DNA of 25,361 nt, taken from IMG/VR virus record IMGVR_UViG_3300025084_000198, positions 1-25,361 of that record. The stretch is one strand, 5' to 3'. A model generated the notes under the pieces. The model saw nothing but the letters and a program-made list of their open reading frames with translations, had not been told where the DNA came from and did not search any database. This document shows, in pieces, positions 1 through 9,700 of the stretch; the first letter of the stretch is position 1; each line of letters begins with the position of its first letter. The stretch is from a virus (taxonomy: Duplodnaviria > Caudoviricetes). The position numbers and the translations under genes are program-made.

Positions 1-248
1 TCTTTCCAATCAGATGTTCCTACAGTAGTTGTTATACTAGTACCAAATCTTGTCTTATCGTCAGCACTAATTTCATGGAATAAGAAAGCACGCTCCATAC
101 CATTGTAACAGTTCTCTTGAAAGAACTGAAAAGTGTCGTCAATAACATTATTTACCTGTTCGTCATCAACATTAACTTGCAACACAGGTTCGCCAAGTTG
201 CCTCTTACAATAAGTGATGAGTTCAGACCTAGAACTTGGAGATGCCAT
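1..248 (-). CDS. gp13: T4-like neck protein gp13 (N-terminal part, runs off the window)
   Basis: Not in the ORF track. Hand translation from ATG at 248 gives MASPSSRSELITYCKRQLGEPVLQVNVDDEQVNNVIDDTFQFFQENCYNGMERAFLFHEI..., matching the recognisable cyanophage gp13 N-terminus (SR.ELI.YC.R.LG.PVL..NVDD.Q....DD..Q.F.E....G). Late promoter motifs lie upstream. Confidence 0.9.
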   Translation of the reverse strand, partial: MASPSSRSELITYCKRQLGEPVLQVNVDDEQVNNVIDDTFQFFQENCYNGMERAFLFHEISADDKTRFGTSITTTVGTSDWK

Positions 249-253
249 TACCC

Positions 254-293
254 ACAAAAAATCCCTTCATACTTATTTAGTAAGAAGGGATTT
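254..293 (-). terminator. Stem-loop / probable intrinsic terminator between the coiled-coil gene and gp13
   Basis: Perfect 10-bp inverted repeat AAATCCCTTC (259-268) / GAAGGGATTT (284-293), plus a 4-bp inner stem. On the minus strand the 3' arm runs into TTTTTTGT. Confidence 0.65.
274..280 (-). promoter_or_regulatory. T4-type late promoter motif CTAAATA upstream of gp13
   Basis: TAAATA core about 25 nt upstream of the gp13 ATG, in the loop of the hairpin. Confidence 0.65.
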
Positions 294-295
294 GG

Positions 296-302
296 TATTT
301 AT
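296..302 (-). promoter_or_regulatory. Second late promoter motif ATAAATA overlapping the stop codon of the upstream gene
   Basis: Minus strand reads GAATAAATAC, and the TAA stop at 299-301 is part of the motif. Confidence 0.5.
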
Positions 303-496
303 TCAGCGGGAGTTTCTGCTGCTGGTGCTTCTTCTTCCTCTGGTTTGCTTTCTAATAGACCTATAGTTTCAAGACCACCTTCCAATTTAATCTTATATTC
401 TTTTGCTTTAACTAGGTTTTCTTCTAGTTCTCCAATTTGCTTAACTGTATTAGCAATTTGCTCTTCAAAATTTTTCTTAAGTTGTTCTGCGTCCAT
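299..496 (-). CDS. Small acidic coiled-coil hypothetical protein (65 aa)
   Basis: ORF 299..505. The ATG at 496 (MDAEQLKKNFEEQI) is preferred over the TTG at 505. Heptad-like Leu/Ile pattern, and a perfect late promoter lies just upstream. Confidence 0.8.
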   Translation of the reverse strand: MDAEQLKKNFEEQIANTVKQIGELEENLVKAKEYKIKLEGGLETIGLLESKPEEEEAPAAETPAE

Positions 497-523
497 GGTT
501 ATCAAATAAAATGATTTATACTG

Positions 524-531
524 TATTTATA
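524..531 (-). promoter_or_regulatory. T4 late (gp55-dependent) promoter TATAAATA
   Basis: Exact T4 late consensus on the minus strand, overlapping the oxygenase stop codon and about 28 nt upstream of the ATG at 496. Confidence 0.75.
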
Positions 532-1093
532 TTGGATTCATCTTCTCAAAATCTGCATACACATTGAATGCAATGCTGATTCTATCTTGATTACTTTCGT
601 TTGGTTCCACATCATGTTCTAACCAGCAAGGAAAAAACACAACCATGTCTTCTTGTGGTTCTAGAAAATGATAAGAATAACCATTATTAAAATAATCATG
701 ATCCTGCATGGACGGTATTAGACATCCTCTTGGATCGTAAAACCTAACATTACCAGGATTTTCTGGAACTTTTACATAGTAAATTCCAGACAAAAATATT
801 TGTGTATCTAAATGTGTATGTCTTCTATTGCTATCTCCTTTTTTGTTTATGTTTACCCAGGAGTAAATTTTTTCATTGCTTAAAGGTTTATTTTCTAGTC
901 TTGGTACATTAGATACTACAGCATTAATAAAATCTTGGTTATCGAAGTCATGTCCTTGATATCCACCAACATTAGAAATCTCCATAGTTTCTACTTTAGA
1001 TGAAAACTCTCTGCATGATTTTTTCATCTTTGTCAAATCCAAACCCAGGTTACCAACCCAGCATGGAGTGCCAAAAAAAGGTAAAAGATTCAT
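527..1093 (-). CDS. 2OG-Fe(II) oxygenase, TIGR02466 / 2OG-FeII_Oxy_5-like family
   Basis: Motifs SNVGGYQ, SWVNIN..GD.N..HTH, LSGIYYVKVP, F.DPR, FFP.WLEH.V.PN.S..DRISIAFN. The start is probably the ATG at 1093 (TGATG overlap with the upstream stop); the alternative is the ATG at 1099. Confidence 0.9.
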   Translation of the reverse strand: MNLLPFFGTPCWVGNLGLDLTKMKKSCREFSSKVETMEISNVGGYQGHDFDNQDFINAVVSNVPRLENKPLSNEKIYSWVNINKKGDSNRRHTHLDTQIFLSGIYYVKVPENPGNVRFYDPRGCLIPSMQDHDYFNNGYSYHFLEPQEDMVVFFPCWLEHDVEPNESNQDRISIAFNVYADFEKMNPI

Positions 1094-1386
1094 CACCATT
1101 TACCTAGAGGACAAGTGTTTACTTCATTAGTAACACCTCTTATTTCATTTAGCATTCTATTAACGACATGTTTAACATCCATAAAACATCCACATACATC
1201 ACATCTCCTCTGGTTTTTAATCCAGTGTTCGCATGTATAACAGATTTGTATATTCTTTACTGCTTGTGGTTCTAAATCTATTTTTATTTGATCCAGATCT
1301 GGAACAATCCAGTCTTCGTATTTTTCAGACCATACTAGACCAGTTTTTTTACCATTAATATATTCTGGATCACCTTCTTTTCTCAT
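1093..1386 (-). CDS. Small Cys-rich putative metal-binding protein (DUF6171-like C-terminus) with an N-terminal TGLVWS repeat
   Basis: CYTC-x9-CDVCGC ... CPLGKW. The N-terminus is homologous to the repeats in the upstream gene. Confidence 0.8.
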   Translation of the reverse strand: MRKEGDPEYINGKKTGLVWSEKYEDWIVPDLDQIKIDLEPQAVKNIQICYTCEHWIKNQRRCDVCGCFMDVKHVVNRMLNEIRGVTNEVNTCPLGKW

Positions 1387-1687
1387 TTAGAATACGCTCC
1401 AGTTCTTCATCATTATGATACATTTTTAGGTTATTGTCAAGATCTGGGTATTGATATTCTTTATCTCTTTCAGACCACACTAAACCAGTTTCAATACCAG
1501 CAATAAATTCTGGTTCTCCATCAACTGGTGGATTTTCACTGAGTTCTCTAAACCTCTCTGGATAGAGAGTTTCTAAATTGTGATATTTTTCTGGATGTTC
1601 ATATAAATCTGGATACTGGTATTCCTCATCTTTTGATGACCATACTAAACCAGTTTCTTCACCATCAATGACCTCACGGTCTCCATC
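1294..1687 (-). repeat. Three copies of a 28-codon repeat (1604-1687, 1439-1522, 1294-1377) spread over two genes
   Basis: DGDREVIDGEETGLVWSSKDEEYQYPDL / DGEPEFIAGIETGLVWSERDKEYQYPDL / EGDPEYINGKKTGLVWSEKYEDWIVPDL. Confidence 0.85.
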
Positions 1688-1696
1688 ATTAGGCAT
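1370..1696 (-). CDS. Acidic hypothetical protein made of two ~55-aa internal repeats
   Basis: Two copies of DG..E.I.G.ETGLVWS..D.EYQYPDL......YHN. A good RBS (AAGGAG) lies 6 nt upstream of the ATG. Confidence 0.8.
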   Translation of the reverse strand: MPNDGDREVIDGEETGLVWSSKDEEYQYPDLYEHPEKYHNLETLYPERFRELSENPPVDGEPEFIAGIETGLVWSERDKEYQYPDLDNNLKMYHNDEELERILNEKRR

Positions 1697-1706
1697 AATA
1701 ATCTCC

Positions 1707-2810
1707 TTAGTTTACCGCAGCAATTGCTGAATATACAAATACAACCATACCATGTCCACCAATATGGTTTCCATTGTTACCAACATTTTGATTGTATGTG
1801 CCTCCTTGTGCAATACCATTAGTATAGAAACTACTTCCTGTTGCTTCTGATGCTGGTGTTTGACCATTTCCAGTATATGTGTTTGCATTAGATACTGGAT
1901 ATGATGGGTGACCTCCTACATAACCCGATCCACCGCCACCATTTCCTCCGTTGGGAGATCCACCTCCACCAGCACCACCGTAGTAACCAGCACCACCGCC
2001 ACCAGCATTACATCCATTACCGCCAGCAGCAGATCCCCAGTTTCCACCATAAATCCTACCTGGCCAACCAACTGCAGCACCAGTCTGAGCACCACCACAT
2101 GCTACACCACCGCGTAAAGTATTACCACTACACTGTGTACCACCTGTGCAAGATCCGCCACCTGTTTGAGAATATGAACCACCACCTGTTTGCGATCCTC
2201 CATTACCACCAGAACCAGATGGATTACCTTTTTGTCCAGAGAGACCACCACCAGCACCACCACCATGGTTAGAACCAGTGGAAGAGTTAGCAGCACCACC
2301 ACCACCACCAGCAATTAGAATTGATGCACCGTGGTCTGTGCCTTCGTTAGTGCCACCCCATGAACTAGTAAATACACCAGAGTATCCGCCACCAGAACCA
2401 TTGTTCTGCGTGCCAGGACCACCTCCCCCACCAACAACAATTTTTAGAGTTCCACCATTAGTTGTATTAATTGTTCCAGCAGTGTATCCACCAGCACCAC
2501 CTCTAGTATTAGTATCAGCTTCGGAACCTCCACCAGGACCCCATATATATGCAGTAACCTCTACAGTTTCTGCTGGAACTACAAATGATTGTATCTGACC
2601 AGTATAATTAAATGTTTTACTGAATTGTATTAATGGTTGTCCAGTAGCAGCACCCCATTCCGTTCCGTCATAGATTTCTACAGTTTCTTCTGTACTGTTA
2701 TAAATCAACAAACCAACCTCTGGAGTCAATGCATCTCTCTGAGTGGTTGTATATGTTGGAAGTTTTAACTTCTCAGTAATATTTAATGCATTTACATTAA
2801 GTGTTGACAT
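1707..2810 (-). CDS. Glycine-rich virion protein, probable tail-tip adhesin (ALK/LTK-like Gly-rich, polyglycine-II type)
   Basis: N-terminal MSTLNV and LP...T.QR.....G.LIYN......EIYDG..W anchor module. This is followed by FNYTG..Q.F.VP...WG.GGG, IAGGGGG, GGGG.GYYGG.GG and GGGGSGY motifs typical of the Gly-rich domain. Confidence 0.8.
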   Translation of the reverse strand: MSTLNVNALNITEKLKLPTYTTTQRDALTPEVGLLIYNSTEETVEIYDGTEWGAATGQPLIQFSKTFNYTGQIQSFVVPAETVEVTAYIWGPGGGSEADTNTRGGAGGYTAGTINTTNGGTLKIVVGGGGGPGTQNNGSGGGYSGVFTSSWGGTNEGTDHGASILIAGGGGGAANSSTGSNHGGGAGGGLSGQKGNPSGSGGNGGSQTGGGSYSQTGGGSCTGGTQCSGNTLRGGVACGGAQTGAAVGWPGRIYGGNWGSAAGGNGCNAGGGGAGYYGGAGGGGSPNGGNGGGGSGYVGGHPSYPVSNANTYTGNGQTPASEATGSSFYTNGIAQGGTYNQNVGNNGNHIGGHGMVVFVYSAIAAVN

Positions 2811-2838
2811 ATCAATAACTAAATTGGTTTCCTATTAG

Positions 2839-2850
2839 TATTTATTTATA
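2839..2850 (-). promoter_or_regulatory. T4 late promoter TATAAATA (tandem TATAAATAAATA)
   Basis: Exact consensus at 2843-2850 plus a second overlapping TAAATA. It overlaps the LamG gene stop and lies about 30 nt upstream of the Gly-rich gene. Confidence 0.75.
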
Positions 2851-3703
2851 GAGCAAGGTTGAATCTGTTTTTCAATGAATTATAATTCTGACTTACTTCT
2901 GCTTGTGTTAGTCCTCTATTGTAAACACGAACAACTGCAATCTTTCCATAGTAAGCATAACCATCACCATTACCAATAGTAAAGGGGGAATTTGCAGTTT
3001 CCATATTTCCAGTTTTAGCAACACTAAATGACTGCCCACCATTCCAATATCCTTTAACAGTGGATCCATCATAAGTCATGACAGTATGATTCCACTTATC
3101 AAAGAATCCAGTTGCATCAGAGTTTATAGCATATTCACCAGACATACGACCACCGCCTGCCCATACCCATGATCTATGCTGCTTACTAGCATACGATCCG
3201 AAACTCATAGTAGTATCGTTCCAGTCTATAATACGACCATATGTTGAGGTAGTATCACTATTAGTGTTATACATAACGATTTCCATTGTCATGCCATTTG
3301 ATCCAGCACTATAGTTACCACTAGATGCTTGATCTCCATTAAACTGAAAACATCCACCACTATCAGGTAAGTATGTATAACCAGATGGTAATGTTATGTC
3401 TCCAATAGAACTACTTGCTGTTCCTGCTAAGTTAAACCAAGTTGATCCACTTCCAGGATAGGATTCTGTATTACCTGCATCAACCCAGAATAATAAACCA
3501 TTAGTAACAGGTGAAACACCTTCATCAATTCCTTGCCATTGAGATCCATTAAAAACTCTAAGAGCACCATCAACATATGCGAGTTGCCCAGCACCCAATG
3601 ATGGGTCTGGGTCTCCTCCTGTGATTACTGGAATTTTAACTGCTAGTTGATTACCAGTTAATGCTTGAACGGTTGCAACCGTCAATTTAGAAGTGTCTGC
3701 CAT
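2846..3703 (-). CDS. LamG / concanavalin A-like lectin domain virion protein (probable receptor-binding tip)
   Basis: PVTNGL...DAGN..SYPGSG.TW..L start, W.H.V.TYDG.....Y.NG, and G.I..VRVYNR.LT.AEV.QNY end, characteristic of Laminin_G_3-type domains in marine phages. Confidence 0.85.
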   Translation of the reverse strand: MADTSKLTVATVQALTGNQLAVKIPVITGGDPDPSLGAGQLAYVDGALRVFNGSQWQGIDEGVSPVTNGLLFWVDAGNTESYPGSGSTWFNLAGTASSSIGDITLPSGYTYLPDSGGCFQFNGDQASSGNYSAGSNGMTMEIVMYNTNSDTTSTYGRIIDWNDTTMSFGSYASKQHRSWVWAGGGRMSGEYAINSDATGFFDKWNHTVMTYDGSTVKGYWNGGQSFSVAKTGNMETANSPFTIGNGDGYAYYGKIAVVRVYNRGLTQAEVSQNYNSLKNRFNLAL

Positions 3704-3704
3704 T

Positions 3705-6700
3705 TTAAGTAATTGACCAGGAAGATCCTGCAGTGATAGTGATTGTTCTATTCGTATTTATTACCAGTGGTCCAGCACTAGATGCATTGGTATTTGCGGG
3801 AATAGTTACATCTTCATCAAGCAACTGTCTGTTGACTTTGATAATGCCATATGTGTCTAACCACAGTGGGTCATCGTTAACATATAGCAGACCCGTCATT
3901 CCAATTCCACCGTTAACTTCTAACTCGTAATTTGGATCAGCAGCAGTAGTGAAATTAATACCAACCTTAGATCCTCTATAGATGTCAGTTAGGTTAGGAG
4001 ATGCAGTCCATCTAGAAGTAACAAACTCTGCATTGTCTTGGAATACAGAACCATTAATGTTAATATCACCTTGTAGATTTAAAGCATATGTTCTATTAAC
4101 ATTTGGTGTTACTGTTGTGTCTGTTCCACTAAATGCATCTGTATTAATTGCAACTGCGTTGTCAGTTGCTCTAACAGCAATAGCAGGTTTTTCAGTACCA
4201 AGGTTTTTCCAATCCTTACCACCATTAGTAGCAGAAGCAGTAATCTCAAAGACTCCCACTCCTTCTGCTAGACCAGCACCAACAATGAAGTTTCTTGCTC
4301 CAGAACCACCAGTTGCACCACCAAGGAAAGTAACAGATCCAGATCCAGTTGCATTATTTGCAACAGGACCAGTAACAAGAGATCCAGTTGCATGGAGCAA
4401 TCCTGAGACTTGTAAATCTGGAACTTGATTCAATGCGGTAACACTTGTTGACTCAGTGCCAACACCAACTTTACCATCTGTAGAATTAATGTGTAGATGA
4501 TTTGTTGTCTTTCCACTAGTAGAAGATGTGGAGAAGTTGATATCTTTGTTTTTTGCCCATGTATAGAATGTGGATGCACTAACATCATATTCTTGATAAA
4601 TGATATCTGCATCATCAGAAGATCTTCTGTAGATAACCTGTGCATTAGTTCCTTCTAGAGTTACTTTACCGTCACCGTCTACATGGAATGTAGATACTGG
4701 TGAAGTATTCTTGATACCAACTCTTAGGTTCGTTGTGTCTACTTTGAATAGACTGTTAGCAGAATCAACTGTTAAATCATCAGTTACATTCAAGGACTGG
4801 TTGAAGTTACCAATACCAGCAACTGTGAGATTAGAACTATTTCCTGTTAGGTTTAGCGAACCAGTCATGGTATCGCCTGCTTTCAGGACATTTGACGATG
4901 CTGCACCTGTTAGAGCAGCGGTAATAGTTCCAGCAGAGAAATTACCAGAAGCGTCACGGAGAACAGCAGTGCTTACAACATTTGTAGACTGGAATGTGAT
5001 ATTACCAGCGTTCCAAATTTTATTGCCATTAATGTTAACAGCATCAGAGTTAGCTACTGTAATATCTAATGTACCAGAACCATCTGTTGCGTTACCACCA
5101 CTGGCAACAATAGAAGCATTATAGTTAGCAGCAGCTAATGTAGATGACTTAAAGAATATGGAAGGAGTTGATGAGAACCCATCACTTCTTCCAAGACACA
5201 ACTCTGCGTTAGCACCATTACTCTCTAATTTTGCAACTTCAATTGTGTTGCTATCTTCAATCGTAAAATCATGGAATGCAACATTAATGGTTGCAGTACC
5301 AATTCTGATTGCTGTAGCAAAGTTACCAGAAGTAAGTCTACCAATTAGAATTGTATAATCATTAAAGTTATCAGTAAGATCGTTATTAGTAATCTCATTA
5401 TCAATTGTAAAGTCAGCAACTGCTTGATCATTTACATCATACAATTTAACTGAATTGCCAGGAGCAAAAGTTCCTGTTGATGATGTATCTAAAACTAGAC
5501 CAGAAACATATACTTTATACTTGGGATCACCATTGAAAGACTTAAGTTTGATACTATCTCTGATAGATGTTTGTTCAATGTATCCAGGAAGTCTTGAAGC
5601 AGATAAAGTTCCGTAATTAATATTAAGAGCATTTTGATACCAAACTCCTTGCTTGTTATCAAATCTGTCAGCATCTAATCCAGAACCAACACCATCATTT
5701 AAAGATGTCCAAATTTTTGCCCAGGATCCAAATGTTACAACACCACTACCAGAACCACGCAACCACATATTGTCATTGTCGGTAAATGCTAATTGCTTAA
5801 CACCACCATCAAATGTGAATCCACTTCCTGCGGGTCTTAAGGAAAGAACCATACTCTTAGTTCCACCATCATTTAATCCAACTGCAGTATTGAATAGTGT
5901 GTTTGAAACTACACCAGTAACAAAAGTATCTGGTGATGGATTTGATGTTGGGTTATTAGTACCAGAAGCAAGTCTAATAGTGTTAGTAGAAGAACCTGAA
6001 ATACTAATGTTATATGAACCTGCTAATCTATCTGAAGGAACAGTTCCACTGAATAAGTTGGTAGCACTAGTATAGTAAGAACCTTGCTGACCATCTAGTA
6101 AGTCAGAGTCAAGTCCGCTATCTGGACCAGTTTTAATTTCTACAGAACCATTACCAACTTCACCGATATTGAATTGAGATTTCTTAAATCTAGCAACACC
6201 AACTGTTCCATACAAATCAGCAGAAATAGTAAGTTCACTTACACGCTGAATATCTAAAGCAACATTAGCATACTGTCTATTGACTGTTGAGATTTTTGCT
6301 TCTAGTACCAAATTGGATCCAGTACCAAGTTCTACTGGAGCAGTAGAAACTGTAAAGTCATTATTGTATCCAGAACCACCATCAGTAACAGTGATTTCAA
6401 TAATTTCATTTCCAACAACATTGAAGTTTGCTTTTAATCCAGTTCCTGATCCACCTAGTAATGAAACATCAAAATACTGACCATTAGTAAATCCAGTTCC
6501 AGCATTTACAATAATAACTTCATCGATGAAATTACCTTGAGTAAAAGTAGATTCAAACGATAATGGAGAAGTACCACGCTCAAATTCAATAATACTTCCG
6601 TTAGGAATTGCTTGAGTTATTGGGTTATTAATTGAAACTGTAGTTAAACCGCCAACTGTAAGTACGCCAGTGATATTTGTATTTGCTTGAATACCAGCTA

Positions 6701-9700
6701 CACTAGCAACAACCTCATGTCCAACTAATGCATCCGAATTAGTTGCAAAGATGAAAGAACTAGCACCTTGAGATACTTGACTGTTTAGTTTAGCGAAGTA
6801 TCTTGTTTCGGCACCTTTAAGTGATTGAACTGCTAATGCAAAGTTAGAATCACCTCTTAAGAATGAGAAGGAGTTTGCAGATCCACCTGCGGCAAGTCTA
6901 TCCGTCTCAATAACACCAGATGTGATATCAGATGCAGCAATTTGGTTAGACGATAGAGATACCCAGTTATTATTATCAAATGAGGATGTATTAACAACTC
7001 TCTGAATATTAACTGTATTTGTATTTGGTGAAGGAATACTATCATCAAAAGTATCAGTGTCTGTAATTTTAATATTGTTGACAATATCTCCATACAATCT
7101 ACTCTCAATTAAAGCATTCGCCTGTGCTGTAGTGCCACCACCAGGAGCAGCGGAGAATGTAATAGTTGGTTGAGTTGTATATCCAAAACCACCAAGATAA
7201 CCATTAAATGCAAGAATTGTTACTGTAACAACTTGACCATTAGCAATGGTACATGTAGCAGCTGCTTGAACAGCACCAGCTTGAGGGTTGCCACCACTAA
7301 TTGAAACTGTTGGAGCACTTGTGTATCCAGAACCACCATCCGATATATTGATTTGGAAGAGAACACCTTCTCTATATTCTGTTGCTTGGATAATACCATT
7401 AGACAAACTACCAGTAAATACATCACCAATAGTAAATGATAAGTTTGAATCTATAGAAAATCCGAGGAATAGACTATCTACATCGTTATTAAGAATAAAT
7501 GATTGTGATGTATCTTGTTGAATTGCAATATCACCAGCAAGTGCTCCTTCAATAGAAGTTCTTTCTGCCTGGTCTGCAACAGTGAATACACTGAATGGAC
7601 TTAAAGCAGGAATTTGGTCAATTGAAATTTTACCAGAGTCAGTAAGTTCAACTAAGTTTCTAGGAACAGCGTTGGTTGAGAATGGTTTGTTAATATATGG
7701 ACCGAGGTTGTTAGTAATGTAATCTCTAACTGCCTTTTGAGTAGGTAACTTAGAGTTGGTTGAGTTAGCACCACCAAGTGTATTGGATGCATCGAAACCA
7801 GTAACAACAACATCACCACCTTTTAGTTTCAAGAATTCAACTTCAGAGATGGTAACCGTACCCGTGAAGGTGATGTTACCAGTTCTGTTTTCAATTCTTG
7901 CGAATGTACCAACTTTAAAGTCGCCTAGTTCATCAGTACCAGAAACATATACACGACCATACTGTTCAGAAACCTGTTCATTTGCTTCAATTTTAACCCC
8001 ACCATTTTCTGGAAGGGCATTGTAATCATTTCCCGAACCAGCAAATTCCCAGGTATGAGAAGAAGAGTTAACAATAGATGGTCTGTGTAGTGCAATCTCT
8101 TCTCCTAAAAGAACACTGGTTGCAACTGCCTGACCAGTAGACTTGTCAGTCATATCCATTGCTCCACCAGAACCATCATCTAGTGTTAGTAGAGCACTGA
8201 AAGGAGGACCGACTGTAACTTCTTCTACAACATCAATAAAATATTCAATGTCGGTATTCGTATTTGTAAAATCATCAAACTTAATAATATAGTGCTCTAG
8301 TGGTTCTCTACCTAAATTAGTAATTCTTAGTTTTGTTCTTCCTGTTGGAGTGGAAGTTACCTGAGATACTGTTGCTCTTGTATAAGTTCCTGCATTTGGA
8401 TCACCAGTACCAGAGTCAAATATATACGCTTCTTCACGGAAACCTGTTCCCCTTAAAGCAAATGTACCAAAGTTGGTAGCGGAGTTTGTAACTGATGCAT
8501 ATCCTCCAGTCTCACAAAGAATACCATCTTGACAGAAGATAACGAAGACAGAAACTAACTGAACATAACCATCATTGATAACTTTATATCCTGTACCACC
8601 AAAGGAGACAATCGTGAATGCCGCAGCAACCATCGACTTACCCTGATTAGGGAACGATGCTGTTCCGTCCAACTCAAGACCAGGGAAGGGACAGTTAGGT
8701 TGCTTAACTTTATTACCATCAATTTCAGCACCGCCACCACCTAAGAAGGAGATAACAGATGCATTCTGAGTATATGGCGATGCTTCAATAATAGGATAGT
8801 CATCGTAGTCAGCACGAATAGTTACCTTAACATTATTAAAATCAGTAAGTATGCTATCTGCTTCTTCTCTGATATTAATGCTGTCATATAGTATTCCAAA
8901 TGTTTGTGATGTAGCACCAGGAAGAACACTACCAGCAAGGATATCATCAAATAAATCTAACGCTGTAGTAATAGAAGATGCAACATTAGCACACAGTGGA
9001 GTTGGTGTGTATAGAAGAATATTCCAATCTTCAAACTTAGGAATTGGAGATGTGAGTGCTACAGGATCATAGATTAAAATAGTTCCATTTGCTTTGGCAC
9101 TTACAAATGTATGTGCATCACCAGAAGCAGATCCTGCATTACCAACATTAACAGTTGCGGTAGTATTACCACCATTAGAACTTACACTGAGAATTTGATA
9201 ACTTTTTCCGAAGTTAGAATCAAATCTTTCTGGACTTGGGTGGTTGCCACTATTGCAACTGAATGTAATTGCTTCTTCAGAGAAAGCAATACGATCACTG
9301 GTTGTTAATGCTACAGAAGGATCAGTGAAGGTTACAGTTACTTGACCACTAGTGCTATTATAAGTTGCTCCAGATGGAGTAACACCAAACGCTGTTCCAT
9401 CAGTCCAGTTACGCATTGCATCCATTGCGTACTCTTTTACGCGAGTAAATGCATAACGAGTTTCAGCTCTTTGAGCTTCTGGAATTCCAGTTAAAGTGAC
9501 TCCACTGAAATATGATTCTGCAGTAGATACAATACCATGGTTTCCACCAAGTACTAAGTCTCTAATTAAACCACGAAGAACAATTTTGATATCTCTACGA
9601 CATTTTCTTTCATGAATATCAGAAAGATTTAGTGATGGATATTGTTGTTTTGTATCAAGGTATGCTTGGTCTGCAATAAGATCTTTGTTTCTTGCAATTA

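Noticed and set aside
117-509. 130-aa plus-strand ORF
   Set aside because: It is antisense to gp13, the hairpin and the coiled-coil gene, starts with TTG and has no recognisable motifs.
1925-2500. CCA/CCACCAGCA low-complexity runs as a possible tandem repeat or CRISPR array
   Set aside because: They are explained by polyglycine coding, and there is no constant repeat with unique spacers.
1901-2598. His/Gln-rich, Thr-rich, Val-rich and Pro-rich ORFs
   Set aside because: These are alternative-frame or antisense shadows of the GGT/GGA glycine codons in the Gly-rich gene.
1707-3830. Diversity-generating retroelement target at the fibre tip
   Set aside because: There is no reverse transcriptase in the window and I saw no near-identical repeat pair differing at adenines. 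A remote template cannot be excluded.
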